Below, in pieces: positions 26,831 to 42,184 of a DNA stretch of 64,000 bases. The DNA lies in the NCBI RefSeq assembly GCF_009914755.1, contig NC_060939.1; one strand, 5' to 3'. The notes below the pieces were generated by a model. The model did no database searches and was not told the origin of the DNA. It saw nothing but the letters and a program-made list of their open reading frames with translations. Positions within the stretch are counted from its first letter, which is position 1, and the number at the start of each line of letters is the position of its first letter. This DNA comes from the human T2T-CHM13v2.0 reference genome, Homo sapiens. The position numbers and the translations under genes are program-made.

Positions 26831-27892
26831 TGACACCTGCTGGATGGACTGCCCTCTGATCTGCACTGTGGAACAGCTGCTCCACCTTACAGCTGAGACG
26901 CCTCCACCTACATCAGCTTATTGCACCACCTAGCAACACCAGGACTAGGATATCATCATCCCCTTTTCACAGGTGAGGAGACTGAGGCTCAGAGAGTCAA
27001 ACTTCCCACCCAAGGTCACCTGCTGTGAACACAAAGCCACATCAACATTCCAGCTGTGTTCTGCCACTTAACCAGACTCCCAGTTCTGTGTTTTCTCTTT
27101 GTTGTACAGGAAGTGAGGAGAGAGGATGATCACAAACCTGAGAGAGGAGGAGGAGAAAACACAGGAAGGATGAAAAATCCCTGAGGAAGTTTTACCAAGG
27201 CGCCGCCCTGCCTCCCCGCCCTGCCCCAGGTGCTGGTCGGTTCATTGCTCTCCATTTAGGAGACTTCTTCCCAGCCTTTTTAGTGGTTTAACAAACATAT
27301 TCATTTCCATGTCATCCTCACGATTTTGCCACTTGTATTTTTGTTTACTTATTTTCTTAAGTCAACTCATTATTATACTTGCAAACAGTATGTAAATATC
27401 AACTTCATAGGGCAACTGTCAATCAAAAGGAGTACCACTTGCCTCAAATAAAAATTAACTTCAGGATCAACAGAGAACTATTAAACTTAATAACAGCCAT
27501 CCGCACAGCCCTCAAAATCATCTCACATCCAAAGCAGGGTCCTCAGACTCACTCTGGGGAATCAGAGCTACCTGGTCACACCGGAACACTAGCAATCACC
27601 ATGCTCGTTATTCTGCCACATGCATTCTGCCAGGCATGCCTGCACCTCCCCTGTGTTCTGATATGCAGGGGAGGGAAGGCAGAGGGCCCTAGGAGCAGGA
27701 GGCACGTGCAACCCACTCCAAATGCGGCCAGCGTGCTGCGGGATTACAGCCCGGTCCGCATCCCCCCACCACAATGCCACTAGTTCTTCCGCTATCAAAA
27801 CAGTTTCACTATCAAACTAGGGTATCAGAAATCCTCCCCTAACAAAAAATATTTCCTGTACCCTCTTTGGTTTTATTCCTTTGGGTAAGAGC

Positions 27893-28350
27893 TCTCGGCT
27901 CACTGCAACCTTCACCTCCTGGGTTCAAGCAATTCAGCCTCCCGAGTAGCTGGGACTACAGGTGCATGTCACCACACCTGGCTAATTTTTTTTTGTATTT
28001 TAGTAGAGACGGAGTTTCACCATGTTGCCCAGGGTGGTCTCAAACTCCTCAGCTCAGTCAATCCACCTGTCCTGGCCTCCCAAAGTGCTAGGATTACAGG
28101 CGTGAGCCACCGTATCCAGCCTAGATCGTTCTTTATAACAGCATGAAACAGGAAGGACCCTAAACATTCAAGAGGAGGAAAGCGGTGGTGTCCACCGTGG
28201 TGCAGCTATGTGATGAGATCTTAGGCAGACTTAAAGTATGACGGGCCAGGTGGGGTGACTCACGCCTCTAATCCCAGCACTTAGGAATGCTAAGGCGGGA
28301 AGATCACTTGAACCCAGGAGTTCAAGACTGTCTCTATTAAAAAAAAAAGA
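27893..28350. mobile_element. Truncated Alu (-, 27893-28122) and FLAM-like monomer (+, 28244-28349)
   Basis: Alu consensus blocks. Confidence 0.85.
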
Positions 28351-29091
28351 TGATGGTTAAAACACTGGGGTGAAATAGGTAGTTCTCACATTTTTAAAAA
28401 AACAGGAATTAAACTGCATGTGCGGTATGATTTCTAGTATAGAATAAAATGCTTCACTTTTAAAGCAAAGTCTAGCTGTATATACACCAATAATAGCATT
28501 GTTAGTGGTGTAGTACTTGGGCAGTGTGTGGAAATATAGCAAGATATGACTAATTAAAGGCAAGGGTCCCTGTTCCCACTCCAGGGCCTCCCAGCTGCCT
28601 GGGACACCCAGCTCTGCCACTGCACGCCCTACACAGCTGTCACCTGGACCTCAGGCTAGGATGCTAACCCAGGTGTGTGCCGAGCCCATGAACTTCAGGG
28701 TTTCTTCATGCAGGACACCACAGCAGCAGGAATGCCACCAGATGTGGCAGAGTCCAAGTTCTCCTGGGGATTCTTTCTAGCTCTTCAGACTTTCAGCTGA
28801 CACTCACACGGCGCTGATTGCATCAATACTGAGGGTGCTGTGAGCCCTGACCCTGACTTCAGGGAGCTTACAATCCAGCATAAATATCCACAAGTGGACC
28901 CCACCTGCCCCTCCTCGGAAGTCCCCTCCTGTATTCATCTCGCTGGCTGCACCTGCATCTGGTCCTTGGGAGCCAAGGGCTGTAGAAGGATAATTTTCTG
29001 CCATACCCACGCGTCTGTACCAGTCCTCAGCACAGCACTTGGCCCATGGAAGCCACCAGTGTGCATGGGAAGGATGACTGCATGAACCAGT

Positions 29092-29375
29092 GTTTTGTTT
29101 TGTTTTGTTTTTGTTTGTTTGTGTGTTGAGACAGGGTCTCGCTCTGTGGCCCAGGCTGGAGTACTAAGGTGGGATCACAGCTGACTGCAGCCTCAAACTT
29201 GTGGCCTCAAGCAATCCTCCCATCTTAGCCTCCCAAGTAGCTGGGGTTACAGGAATGTGCCACCATGGTCAGCTAATGTTTTCATTTTTTGTAGAGATGG
29301 TATCTCACTATGTTGCCCAGGCTGGTATTGAAATCCTGAGCTCAAGCAATCCTCCCACCTCAGCCTCCCAAAGTG
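29092..29375 (-). mobile_element. AluJ with TSD tgcatgaaccagt
   Basis: TSD at 29079-29091 and 29374-29386. Confidence 0.9.
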
Positions 29376-29861
29376 CATGAACCAGTTTTAAAACAGTAAT
29401 TAGAACTTCTATAAGCTGAGAGCATGCTATCCTTAAGTCGGTAGTCCCCGGAGGATGGGGCACCCTGTGGCTGGGAGGATCTTGGGCACCTCTGTTAACC
29501 AGTCCCAGCTTGGTTTAACTAGGGGGAGGGCTTCTTGGGCTAGAAGGGCATCTTCCATCCCTCCCACCCCAATTCAAGTACCAGGTCTGCCTCCCCCAGC
29601 TCCCAGCTATCTCAGTTCAACCTCCCTGGGGGCAGGTAGGGGCGCCCGGCCCCAGCACGTTCTGTTGGATGTTCCACCTCCTTGTTCCCTCTCTTCCCTC
29701 TTCTCACCCCCAGTTCCATTCTCATCGTTGCAAGCCAGGGCCACTGTGAACTTGGCATCCCTGGGACGCTGCACATTTACCTTCATCTTCCCAGCGAATC
29801 CTTCCAGAGAGACACTGTCCCCATTTTATAAACGAAGCACACTGGCCCCAGAGTATTTTGG

Positions 29862-29882
29862 CTGCTGCTGCTGCTGCTGCTG
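29862..29882 (+). repeat. (CTG)7
   Basis: Counted directly. Confidence 0.95.
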
Positions 29883-30299
29883 AAAAGAAGCCAAATAACA
29901 CATCAAAAAAACTACAGATGAAAATGGGGCCAAATTGATGACACAGAACAGAAGGGAGTCCAGATCACAGCTGGATCGGGGGGTGCCTCTTGGCCCATGG
30001 CCCCCGTGTTTTCTATAGAATGCCCAAGGGCCAGAGAGGCTAAGAGGGAGAAAGTGGGCGGCCCCCACTGCACCCCCCAGCTTTTGTGCCCTGGTGGGGA
30101 ATCCCAAGGAATACGTGAGTCTCAAGGCCCCCCACTTTCAACCTGTGGTGAAGGGAGGCAGGGTGCATTGCAGTGGGTTAGATGAATTGTTTACGTATGT
30201 ATTTATTTATTTGCAAGTCTATGGGGTTAATGAAGTAATTAGGGAAATCTGGGGTCTGCACTCCTGGACTTACAATGAAAGCTAGACATTTTTTTTTTC

Positions 30300-30575
30300 G
30301 TAATCCCAGCACTTTGGGAGACCGAGGTGGGCGGATCACATGAGGTCGCGAGTTCGAGACCAGCCTGGCCAACATGGTGAAACCCCGTTTCTACTAAAAA
30401 TACAGAAATTAGCTGGGCGTGGTGGCGGACGCCTGTAGTCCCAGCTGCTTGGAGGCTGAGGCAGGAGAATCGCTTGAACCCGGGAGGCAGAGGCTGCAGT
30501 GAGCCGAGATCGCCACTGCACTCCAGCCTGGGCGACAGAGCGAGCGAGACTCAGTCAAAAAAAAAGAAGAAGAAA
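30300..30575 (+). mobile_element. 5'-truncated AluS, CpG-rich
   Basis: Starts at gtaatcccagc; abuts CpG island 2. Confidence 0.93.
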
Positions 30576-30639
30576 AGACACGCGAGCCCCTTTGAAGAAT
30601 AAATCTCAGCTGTGTTATCTGTCTTGTCACAGCACTGAA

Positions 30640-31210
30640 ACGTGGGGATGGGGAGAACGTAGTTCCACGTTGGCACAGATGAGCTGTTTACATCGAGGCG
30701 GACGAGCAGGCAGGAGCGTGCAGTCCGTGCGGCTCTGTTTCTTTCCCCTGTTAAGCGCAGAGTTTCTAGCTGCAGCTAAAGACGCCCACCCAGGCCGAGC
30801 GCCCTTGGATTCTGTGGGAGGGCGGCCCCGCGTCCACCGCCTGGGGACACCGACTCGGGGCTGCGGACCTCGGAGCGCGCCCGGCGGGCTTTGGTTTGGG
30901 CAAGGCTGCCATCGTGTGGCCGCCGTGGGTATTTCCCTCGGAAAGCGGCCGGGCAGCGAGCAGGCGCCCGCGCCTCTTCTTTTTACGGGAGTCCGCGCTC
31001 TCCGCAAGTCTGTCCTGAGATCGCCGTTTTCTCCCACCAGCCAGAATGGGGCTCACTGCTGCAACCCGGGTCTCAGTCTTCTCCAGGGCACCTCCTGGGC
31101 CGTGCCCCGAGCCTTGACTGCGGCAGGCGGTGTTTTTTCCTCTAAAGGAAGAACTTGCCTGTCAGGGCAGTCCACAGTCCAAAATGTGACGCATACCGGA
31201 GCTCAGGCCT
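30640..31210. promoter_or_regulatory. CpG island 2 (orphan)
   Basis: Dense CpG non-repeat sequence (cggagcgcgcccggcggg, gcggccgggcagcgagcaggcgcccgcgcc). Confidence 0.8.
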
Positions 31211-31391
31211 GGTATCAATCTTAGCACAGCATTTCGGGCTGAATAACTCTGTTATGGGAGCTTTCCTGCCTCTACCCACTAGATGTCAGTACCACCTCTC
31301 ACCCAACTGTGACAACCAAAAATATCTCCAGACATGGCCAAATGTCCAGGGTTAGGAGGCAAAGTTACCCACCTGAGAACATAAGAGGGAG

Positions 31392-32240
31392 TGTACTCGT
31401 TTCCCATTGCAACTGTAAGAAATTATCACAAATTTGGTGGCCTAAAACTGCCAGGATTTCTTACCATACAGTTCTGGAAGTCAGAAGTCTCAAACAGGTC
31501 TTGCTGGGCTGAGGTCAAGCTGGTTCCTTCTGGAGGCTCCAGGGGAGAATCTGTTTCCTGGTCCTTTCCACACAGGCGGCCTGCATTCCTTGGCTCATGG
31601 CCCCTTCCTTCATCTTCAAACCCAGCAATGGCTGACTGTGTCTCACGCTGCGACGCTCTGATGGTTCTCTGGCAGTCAAACCTTTCTGTGTGTCCCTCAT
31701 TTAAACAACCCTTGTGATCACACTGGGCCCACCCAGAGGATCCAGGATAATCTCTCCCTCTCACAATCTTTAGCTTAATCGCATCTGAGAAGTCCCTTTT
31801 ACCAGGTAAGGTAACTGATACGGTTTGGATGTGTCCCCACCCAAATCTCATCATGAATTGTAGCTCCCATAATTCCCATGTGTGGTGAGAGGGACCCAGT
31901 GAGAGATAATTGAGTCACGGGGCACCTTCCCCCATACTGTTCTCATGATAGTTAATAGGTCTCAAGACCTACTAACTATCTCAAGTGGTTTCATAAGGGG
32001 AAACCTCTTTCACTTGGTTCTCATTTCTCTCTTGTCTGCTGCCATGTAAGACGTGCATTTCGCCTTCTGCCATAATTGTGAGGATTCCCAGCCACGTGGA
32101 ACTGTGAGTCCATTAAACTTCTTTTTCTTTATAAATTACCCAGTCCCAGGTATGTCTTTATCAGCAGCATGAAAACAGACTAATACAGTAACACACTCAC
32201 AGGTTCCCAGGATTCCCATGTGAGCATCTTTGGGGGCTGC
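31392..32240 (-). mobile_element. MLT1C/D LTR interrupted by THE1 (a MER20 remnant lies at about 31230-31380)
   Basis: acaaatttggtggcctaaaac..cagttctggaagtcagaagtc..gggcccacccagaggatccaggataatctc; resumes at 32188. Confidence 0.8.
31816..32187 (+). mobile_element. THE1B-type solo LTR, TSD GTAAC
   Basis: tgatacggtttggatgtgtccccacccaaatctc..gactaataca; TSD at 31811-31815 and 32188-32192. Confidence 0.92.
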
Positions 32241-34117
32241 CATGAGAAGATACAAGTGTAAGCCTTGACCAGGCTAGAGCAACAGTGCAGATGAGTGACA
32301 CTGGCCAGTGAGTGGTGGGGATATGCCCTCCAGGAAAGGGACCGCAGTTTCCAGGCCCTAAAACGTCTCATCTGTTGACTAATTTGAACCCTCAAGCTGC
32401 CAGTTTACAGACCCTGACTCATCCTCTACCTTTCACCAACGAGAACCCCGGCGACCCAGAAGGAAAGTGATCATCCCAGCCCTCTCTGGAGTAAGGAGCC
32501 AGGCTGAAGCCAGACCCCAAGCTCTTCCCAGTCCTGGGACACAAGTCCATGTTACCCACCCTCAAAGGGAAACATTTCTGTGCTGTGGGATTTCAAGCTG
32601 TGCATGAGGCCAGGGAGGAAGTGGTGGTCCCCACACCATCTACACTCCACACCCCCCACCAGGGGTTGGAGGCCGGCTGTGAGAATCAGCCCAGGGCCCT
32701 GCCTGAGGGGCTGGATGTGAGGGCAACGTGGGCACCATGACTCTCTGGGGACTGACAGGATGAGCTCAGGGGTCTGTCCCTCACTTGGAGGGTGAGACCC
32801 CTGTTTGGCTCTGCATTGAGTGTGAGGATATGGAGTGCCAGGGAGGGAGAGAGAAAGAAATGCCTTTGCTATTTTTATTGGCTTTGAAGTCTAAAATGCC
32901 AGGCTCACTTGGGCAGTGGTGGGAAGGGCATCATAGAAGTCTTCAAATAGGTTTGGGGGTCCCAGAGTAGAAGAGAGGTGCGTTCCAATTCCAGCTCGGA
33001 GTTCTCAGAGAATGAGTGGCCCCAACCCCAGAGCTCAGAAGAGGACTGCATGAGGGTGCAGGGTCAGCCCCACAGCAAAGCCAGGAGTCCCCAGTGGGGA
33101 CAGAAAAATGATGCTTACCCATGTGGCCAGGGATAGAGACGATGCAGGTTGAGAGCGAGAACTTGCCGGCCACAACGTCACTTCCTGGTTAGGACAGGGG
33201 TTTGGGGTAGAAGCATCCGCAGACACCAGCAGGACCACACACCAGGTGTCCAGGGAGCCTGAGACCAGAGACCATGACAGGACAATTGTGCATGTTAGCT
33301 CTAGCCAGGGTGGGCCAAGAGCAGATGGCATCTCCTCACCAAGGCCCCTGCCCTTGGAGCTGACCCCAGGAAGAAAGAGGTACCAAAGAAAATCCTACTT
33401 GGAGTGAGGTTGGTTGGAAGGTATCTGAATCCACTCGACTACTTTTTCTGCCATCAACCAGAATGGGTGCTCCAGATACAGATACAACTCAGTTCTAGGA
33501 AAATCAAGCCCTAATTTTGCACACCTGAGTGTGAACTGTGTAAAGTGAAAATTAAGTATGACAATAGCAGAGGCATGTGATAACGGAGCCCTTTACAGAT
33601 GGAAGAGTGCTGTCCTGGGTGACATCCATGGCACCCTCACAGGGACGTGCTGGGGCTGGTGTTTCATGCCTGTGGATAGCCAGGACCTGTGGGGCTCAGA
33701 GCTGTGCAGTGATCACTCAGCAAGACCTGTCCAAATGTGCCGGGCCAAGTCTTCAAAACACTGTGTGTCCCCTCTCAAGCCGGCTTCATAGGAGAGACAG
33801 TGCCCACTTCCCGATCTGTCACCGAGTGTCCCCACGCACCCAGGACCATCTGAAGCACAGGGCTGGGAAGCCGGCGGGGCTCTGCACACACAGAATCCAG
33901 GCTTTGCAGGGGTGGGAGCAAAGGCCTCAAGTCAGCTTGGCCTTCCCACAGCACAGGCGCCAAGGCCAAAGCTGCTTGGCCTCCAGAAACCACCTCTGCA
34001 GCCCAGGCTCTGGTCCACAGCAAAAGTGGGTGGGATAAAAGTCAGCGCGTGTATTGTGAAATCTGATTTCTTCTGCTCGACTTATGTCTGCAGCATTCAG
34101 GGAGCAGGGGAAGGTCT

Positions 34118-34179
34118 TTCTTTCTCTTTTCTCTTTCTCTCTCCTTCCTTCCTCCCTTTTCTCTTTCCTTCTTTCTCTT

Positions 34180-34214
<35 letters not shown>

Positions 34215-34521
34215 CTTCTTCTCTTTCTTTTTTTTTTTTGAGATGGAGTCTCTCCCTGTTGCCCAGGCTAGAGTGCAGTGGCATAATCTCAACTCACCAT
34301 AACCACCACCTTCTAGGGTCAAGTGATTCTCACACCTCAGCCTCCCAAGTAGCAGGGATTACAGACACATGCCACCACACCCAGCTAATTTTTGTATTTT
34401 TTTAGTAGAGATGGGGTTTTGCCATATTGGCCAGGCTGGTCTCGAACTCCTGACTTCAAGTGATCTGCCTGCCTCAGCTTCCTAAAGTGCTGGGATTACA
34501 GGTGTGAGCCACCACACCCGC
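34118..34521 (-). mobile_element. Alu with expanded CT-rich tail
   Basis: Reverse-complement Alu 34226-34521 preceded by a (CT/CTTT) tract. Confidence 0.9.
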
Positions 34522-34667
34522 CCCCTTGTAGTATTTCTTTATGTAGCTTATGTGAATTTAATTTAGACTGATTTTCATGAAGCTACTTTACAAATACAAT
34601 ACTTATAGTTGGTTGTAATACCTACATTAGATGGGACGGATTTTATCTGCTTCTGTTGTTCACACGG

Positions 34668-35029
34668 TGATATGGTGTGGCTGTGTCCCCACCCAAATCC
34701 CATCTTGAATTATAGCTCCCATAATTCCCACCTGTTGTGGGAGGGACCCAGTTGGACATAATTGAATCATGGGGTGGTTTTCCCCATATTGCTCTCGTGG
34801 TAGTGAATAATCTCACAAGATCTGATGGTTTTATAAGGGGTTTCCCCTTTCGCTTGGGTCTCATTTTCTCTTGTCTGCCACCATGTAAGACATGCCTTTC
34901 ACCTTCTGCCGTGATTAACCGAGGCCTCCCCAGCCACGTGGAGCTTTGAGTCTATTAAACCTCTTTTTCTTTATAAATTATCCAGTCTCAGGCATGTCTT
35001 TATCAGCAGCGTGAAAACGGACTAATACA
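34668..35029 (+). mobile_element. THE1B-type solo LTR, TSD cacgg/catgg
   Basis: Complete TG..CA LTR; the TSD copies differ by one CpG transition. Confidence 0.92.
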
Positions 35030-35273
35030 CATGGAGACCCAGCAGACATTTCCTCAATCGAAGCACCCCTATTGCAAGTTGAGAGCCATGAGGGAATGAT
35101 CGTAAAAAGAGCCTACCTAGTCCTGTGACTGGCGTCACCTAGGAAGATTATACCGCAATCCGACCCGAGGAGACGCCCTCCCAATCCCATGGAATTGGAA
35201 CAGAACCTGGGTGCCCAAGGACCCAAAGCCATCTGCTGGGAGCCCATCCTGTACAGCATCGGCCGCCCACTAA

Positions 35274-35733
<460 letters not shown>

Positions 35734-36687
35734 TCAGAAAGATGAGGCAACTCTATTAAACAGAGTTAGTTGGCACTAAAGCACCCTCCCGGAAGCACTT
35801 CAGTGGTTGTGGTCACATTAGGATTTTCCTGCCAGGAAAGAAATTATTCCTTCCAGTTGTGTCTCATCTGATGCTGAAAATAACACAAGACCTTCCTAGA
35901 GCCAGAAATCACAGCTGCGTAGATACCGGACTTAACGGACCTCCCGTGACTGCATTGCTGTGGTTTGAGCTCGGTAGAATACCCAGCTCCAATCCCTCTT
36001 GCTTTGCCATGGTGATGTTTTGTGCCCTGTGTGAAATGGAGAAGCCAGGGGAAAAGAGGAAGGTGGCCAAGGAATTTCATGGCTTCTCAAGATGGAAACT
36101 TAGATACCTAACTTTAAAACTTCCAGCCGCTAAGCATGCTTTCCCTAGAAAGAGAATTAAATCAAATGCAAAGATTGCTTCTTGCAGAAAATGGGGATTT
36201 TAAAAATTATCTCATAATCCATTGACCCCCTGAGGTTTCTGGAAGTAGCCAACAAGTTGAATTTATTTCTTCCTCATCCCGAAGGGCTTGTTCTCAAAGA
36301 CTTTCTGGAACAAAATACCCAATGCTGGGAGAGTCTCAAAACCCTGCTTCCTGAAATATAACCTGTTCGAAGGCTCCGTGCATAGCAGTGAGTGTCCGTC
36401 ACCACTGCCAGACCCTGGTCCGGAATGCAAGCTTCCGAGTGACTATGGACTCCCTGCCTGAGCCCATTCGTGAGTGTGGGGCAAAGCAGCCCTCAGGACA
36501 GTGTGACTGTTACAGGGCATGTGCATCTGGCCACTGCCTTTGAAGAACGTGGGATCCAGAAACAGCCTTGTTCTAAGTCATGACTTCTTTGTGGATTTCC
36601 CACGTTGATTTCGGAGTCAGATCACTTTCTCCCCAGTAACTCCTTTTAGATGGGAATGAAAGAGCAAGCATTTAAAAAAAACACACA

Positions 36688-37010
<323 letters not shown>

Positions 37011-37039
37011 ATATTTACTACTGCAACTGTCTTGCTTTG

Positions 37040-39310
<2,271 letters not shown>

Positions 39311-39562
39311 AGACAGGAACACAGAAAACCGAAAAATAAAATTGATTTAATAAAAACAACACAACACACACAAAGATGTGCATTATGGGCAGTCCTGCAC
39401 ACACTGCTGGAAGGGACCCCTGCACACGGCCTCACAGCTGGCATGGACTGGGCAGGAGGTTGCTCTCAGTTCCACGGCATTGCCTTCTAACTTGTGTGGT
39501 CAGTACATATGCCCTTAAACAAAGCCATCAATACATCAGCTGTTCTTCCCTGAGAGGTTTCT

Positions 39563-39614
39563 TTTATTGAATAGTAACTTCATCAAACCCCTGAGACATT
39601 TTTAAACATTTATT
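39563..39614 (-). terminator. Distal poly(A) signals (AATAAA at 39614-39609 and 39568-39563) for the FAM169B 3'UTR
   Basis: tttatt on the plus strand at both sites; GU-rich ggggtttgatg downstream of the first on the minus strand. Confidence 0.6.
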
Positions 39615-40034
39615 TTCATGTAAACACAAAATACTAACCATTCATCTCAAATAGCACAATGCTCACAGCACACACATCCCATGTGAAAGGTTACATCTGA
39701 CACCACACACAGGGCACCCTCTAGGCTGTAGACTTCACTCTCCTTTTATGGTCTGTGCCACCTGCACAGAGAGCCCAAGTATAAGGGGCAGGGGGGAGGC
39801 AGGCTTCATGATGTCTCCATATGAATCTCTAAACTATATTTCTAGTCAATTGGACCCTTCCATCTTTGTAATGGGTGCAAGAGAGATGAAAACTCCAGTG
39901 GAACACTCCAGAAGAGATTCCTCCAAAGAGAAGAGAGTTTCCTGAGGCCAGTATCCATACCTCACTTATATCCCCTGTCCCCGGCACAGAGCATGTCCCT
40001 GAGAAAGCATGCTGAATATCTGTTGTACAACAGA

Positions 40035-40600
40035 ATGGATGGATGGATGGATGGATGGATGGATGGATGGATGGATGGAGGATGGATGGATGGAGGATGG
40101 GTGGATGGATGGATGGATGGATGGATGGATGATGGATGGATGAAGGATGGGTGGATGGATGGATGGATGGATGATGGATGGATAGAGGATGAATGGATGG
40201 ATGGAGGATGGACGGATGGATGATGGATGGATGGATGATAAATGTATGGATAGATGGATGGCTGGATGAAGGATGGATGGATGGATGGATGGATGGAAGA
40301 TGGAGGATGGATGGATGGATGATGGATGGGTGGATGGATGGATGGATGGGTGGATGGATGGATAGATGGATGGATGGAGGATGGATGGATGGAAGATGGA
40401 TGGAGGATGGATGGATGGATGGATGGATGGATGATGGATGGAGGATGGATGGATGGATGATGGATGGAGGATGGACGGATGATGGATGGATAGATGGATG
40501 AATGGATGGATGGAGGGATGGATAGATGGATGATGAATGGATTGAATAGATGGATGGTTAGGTGGATGGATGGATGATGGATGGATAGACGGATGGATGG
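40035..40600 (+). repeat. (GGAT/TGGA)n simple repeat, about 570 bp
   Basis: Direct reading. Confidence 0.97.
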
Positions 40601-40742
40601 ACAGAGAGATGGACAGCTGGGTGCATGGATGAATAAATAACAGGTCCCACCATGTGTGTCCTTTGACTGCTCAAGGGAACAGACGATATATTCCCAGAAC
40701 TTGGGACTGTTGGTAGTCTCCTCATCAGGCCACAGGAGGGGC

Positions 40743-40748
40743 TTTATT
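40743..40748 (-). terminator. Candidate proximal poly(A) signal AATAAA
   Basis: tttatt at 40743-40748, 1.3 kb past the stop codon; use not shown. Confidence 0.35.
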
Positions 40749-41520
40749 ACATCCTAAAAAGGTAAAACCCTCTTCTTCTGTCAACAAAGTAACCAGGCAG
40801 CCCAGGGCTGATCCTGCAGCTGAACTCCAATGGCAAGGAGCAGAGGCAGCAGGGCCCCTGGCTTCTCCAAAGTCAGTGATGAGCACAGAGGGGTTTGGGA
40901 TGTCCTCGGCAATGGGATTGGATTTGCATTTTCCCAAAAGCAGGGGCAAGAACTTGGGTCGTCTGCCTCAAGAGGGCCTGACCAGCTTTCTCTGGGAAAA
41001 ATCCTACTGAAATCAGCAAGGCTGGGCCCAATAGCAGAGAAAGCACCACCCCACCTCTCGGGGAGCAGGCTTTGGGCTCCCTAAAGCAGCCTGGATTTGC
41101 GCCCCACCCTTGAGGAGGGCAGGCGGCCCTGGGACAACTCTGCCTAGCCCATTGGACCTGGGGCCTAAGAGCAGGTCCTTGTCTCTGCATCCCAAGAGCG
41201 GCCATACACTATAGCGACCAAACAGGGCTCCATCAGTATTTGAGAAGGGGGAAGCCAATGTCACATTCGAGCCAGGCTATCATTTTCAGTTACTTTTACT
41301 ACCACAAGACTTTCCACTCAAGGCCACCAATATTCTAGAAGCACCATCTGCCCAAATTCCTACCCAGTACTTCCCATATGAGCTCTCTGAGTGCCTTCTG
41401 TATACCAGGCCAGAAGAGAGCTCCAGGCCTACAGTAGGCACCATCCAGCCACTGCCCCTGCCCTCAAGGCACTCATGTGCCTTGAGGCACATCAGCACTG
41501 ATGTGGCTGAAGCCTCCCGG

Positions 41521-41600
41521 GAAAGGACACGTGTACCCCTGCAAACCTCTTTGGTGTCCGGAAAGGACACGTGTACCCCTGCAAACCTCTTTGGTGTCCG
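41521..41600 (+). repeat. Perfect 40-bp tandem duplication
   Basis: gaaaggacacgtgtacccctgcaaacctctttggtgtccg twice. Confidence 0.97.
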
Positions 41601-42064
41601 TGGTCTCACGGCAACAGCAGGGCTGGCATGCACAAACCTGCAATGGGTTTCTACAGCCCAGATGGAACGGGTGTGGCCCCTTCCTGAGCATCTTTAAACT
41701 TCTATAAGGAAAGAGGTACATTCAGTAAAACATCCCTGTGGTTCCGGTAAAGTCCCACCAATTTATCCTGAGAAACAGAAACCACATTAGTTTTAACGAG
41801 TAAGCTTCTGAAACGTTTAGGAACTGTCAACAATTAACTTAGGGAAATACTTCCTCACTGTGGCACGGTGTCGCATGCTGAGCGCAGCACGTTCTCAGGT
41901 ACTCTAGAGCCTGAGCCCACCTCAGAGGTAGGTGGGGCCCGTGGGGTCACTGGCCCCTCAAAGATCCCCAGGGAAGGTACACTCCCAGACACACAAGTCT
42001 CAGACCCGAATCCTGGGAGCCCAGGCAGGCCTCTGGACCTGGCCCAGATGGGCGTCTGGAGACG

Positions 42065-42184
42065 TCAGGGACTGGACCTTGTAAGCTTGCCTGGTGGCTG
42101 CCCTGCCAGCCCGGCATCCTCCTCTTCCACTCCACACTCTGGATCATCCTTTGTGTCTTCCAGTTCTTCTCCACACATCCTCTC
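42065..42184 (-). CDS. FAM169B: FAM169B last coding exon: ERMCGEELEDTKDDPECGVEEEDAGLAGQPPGKLTRSSP*
   Basis: Acceptor ttcttttctgacttcag|GAG at 42185/42184; 39 codons plus TGA (42067-42065); acidic tail matches the recalled protein end. Confidence 0.9.
   Translation of the reverse strand, partial: ERMCGEELEDTKDDPECGVEEEDAGLAGQPPGKLTRSSP

Noticed and set aside
29862-29882. (CTG)7 as an expansion locus
   Set aside because: Short and intergenic; no sign of instability.
30289-30300. T-run before the 5'-truncated Alu as a twin-priming inversion
   Set aside because: No convincing TSD brackets the T-run and the Alu.
30499-31224. 241-aa ORF, the longest in the track
   Set aside because: Begins in an Alu and crosses a GC-rich CpG island poor in stop codons; no recognisable protein.
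39993-40501. MDGW-repeat ORFs
   Set aside because: Translation of the (GGAT)n simple repeat.
41521-41600. Direct repeats here, at 53160 and at 25320 considered as CRISPR-like
   Set aside because: No unique spacers, eukaryotic context, no cas genes.
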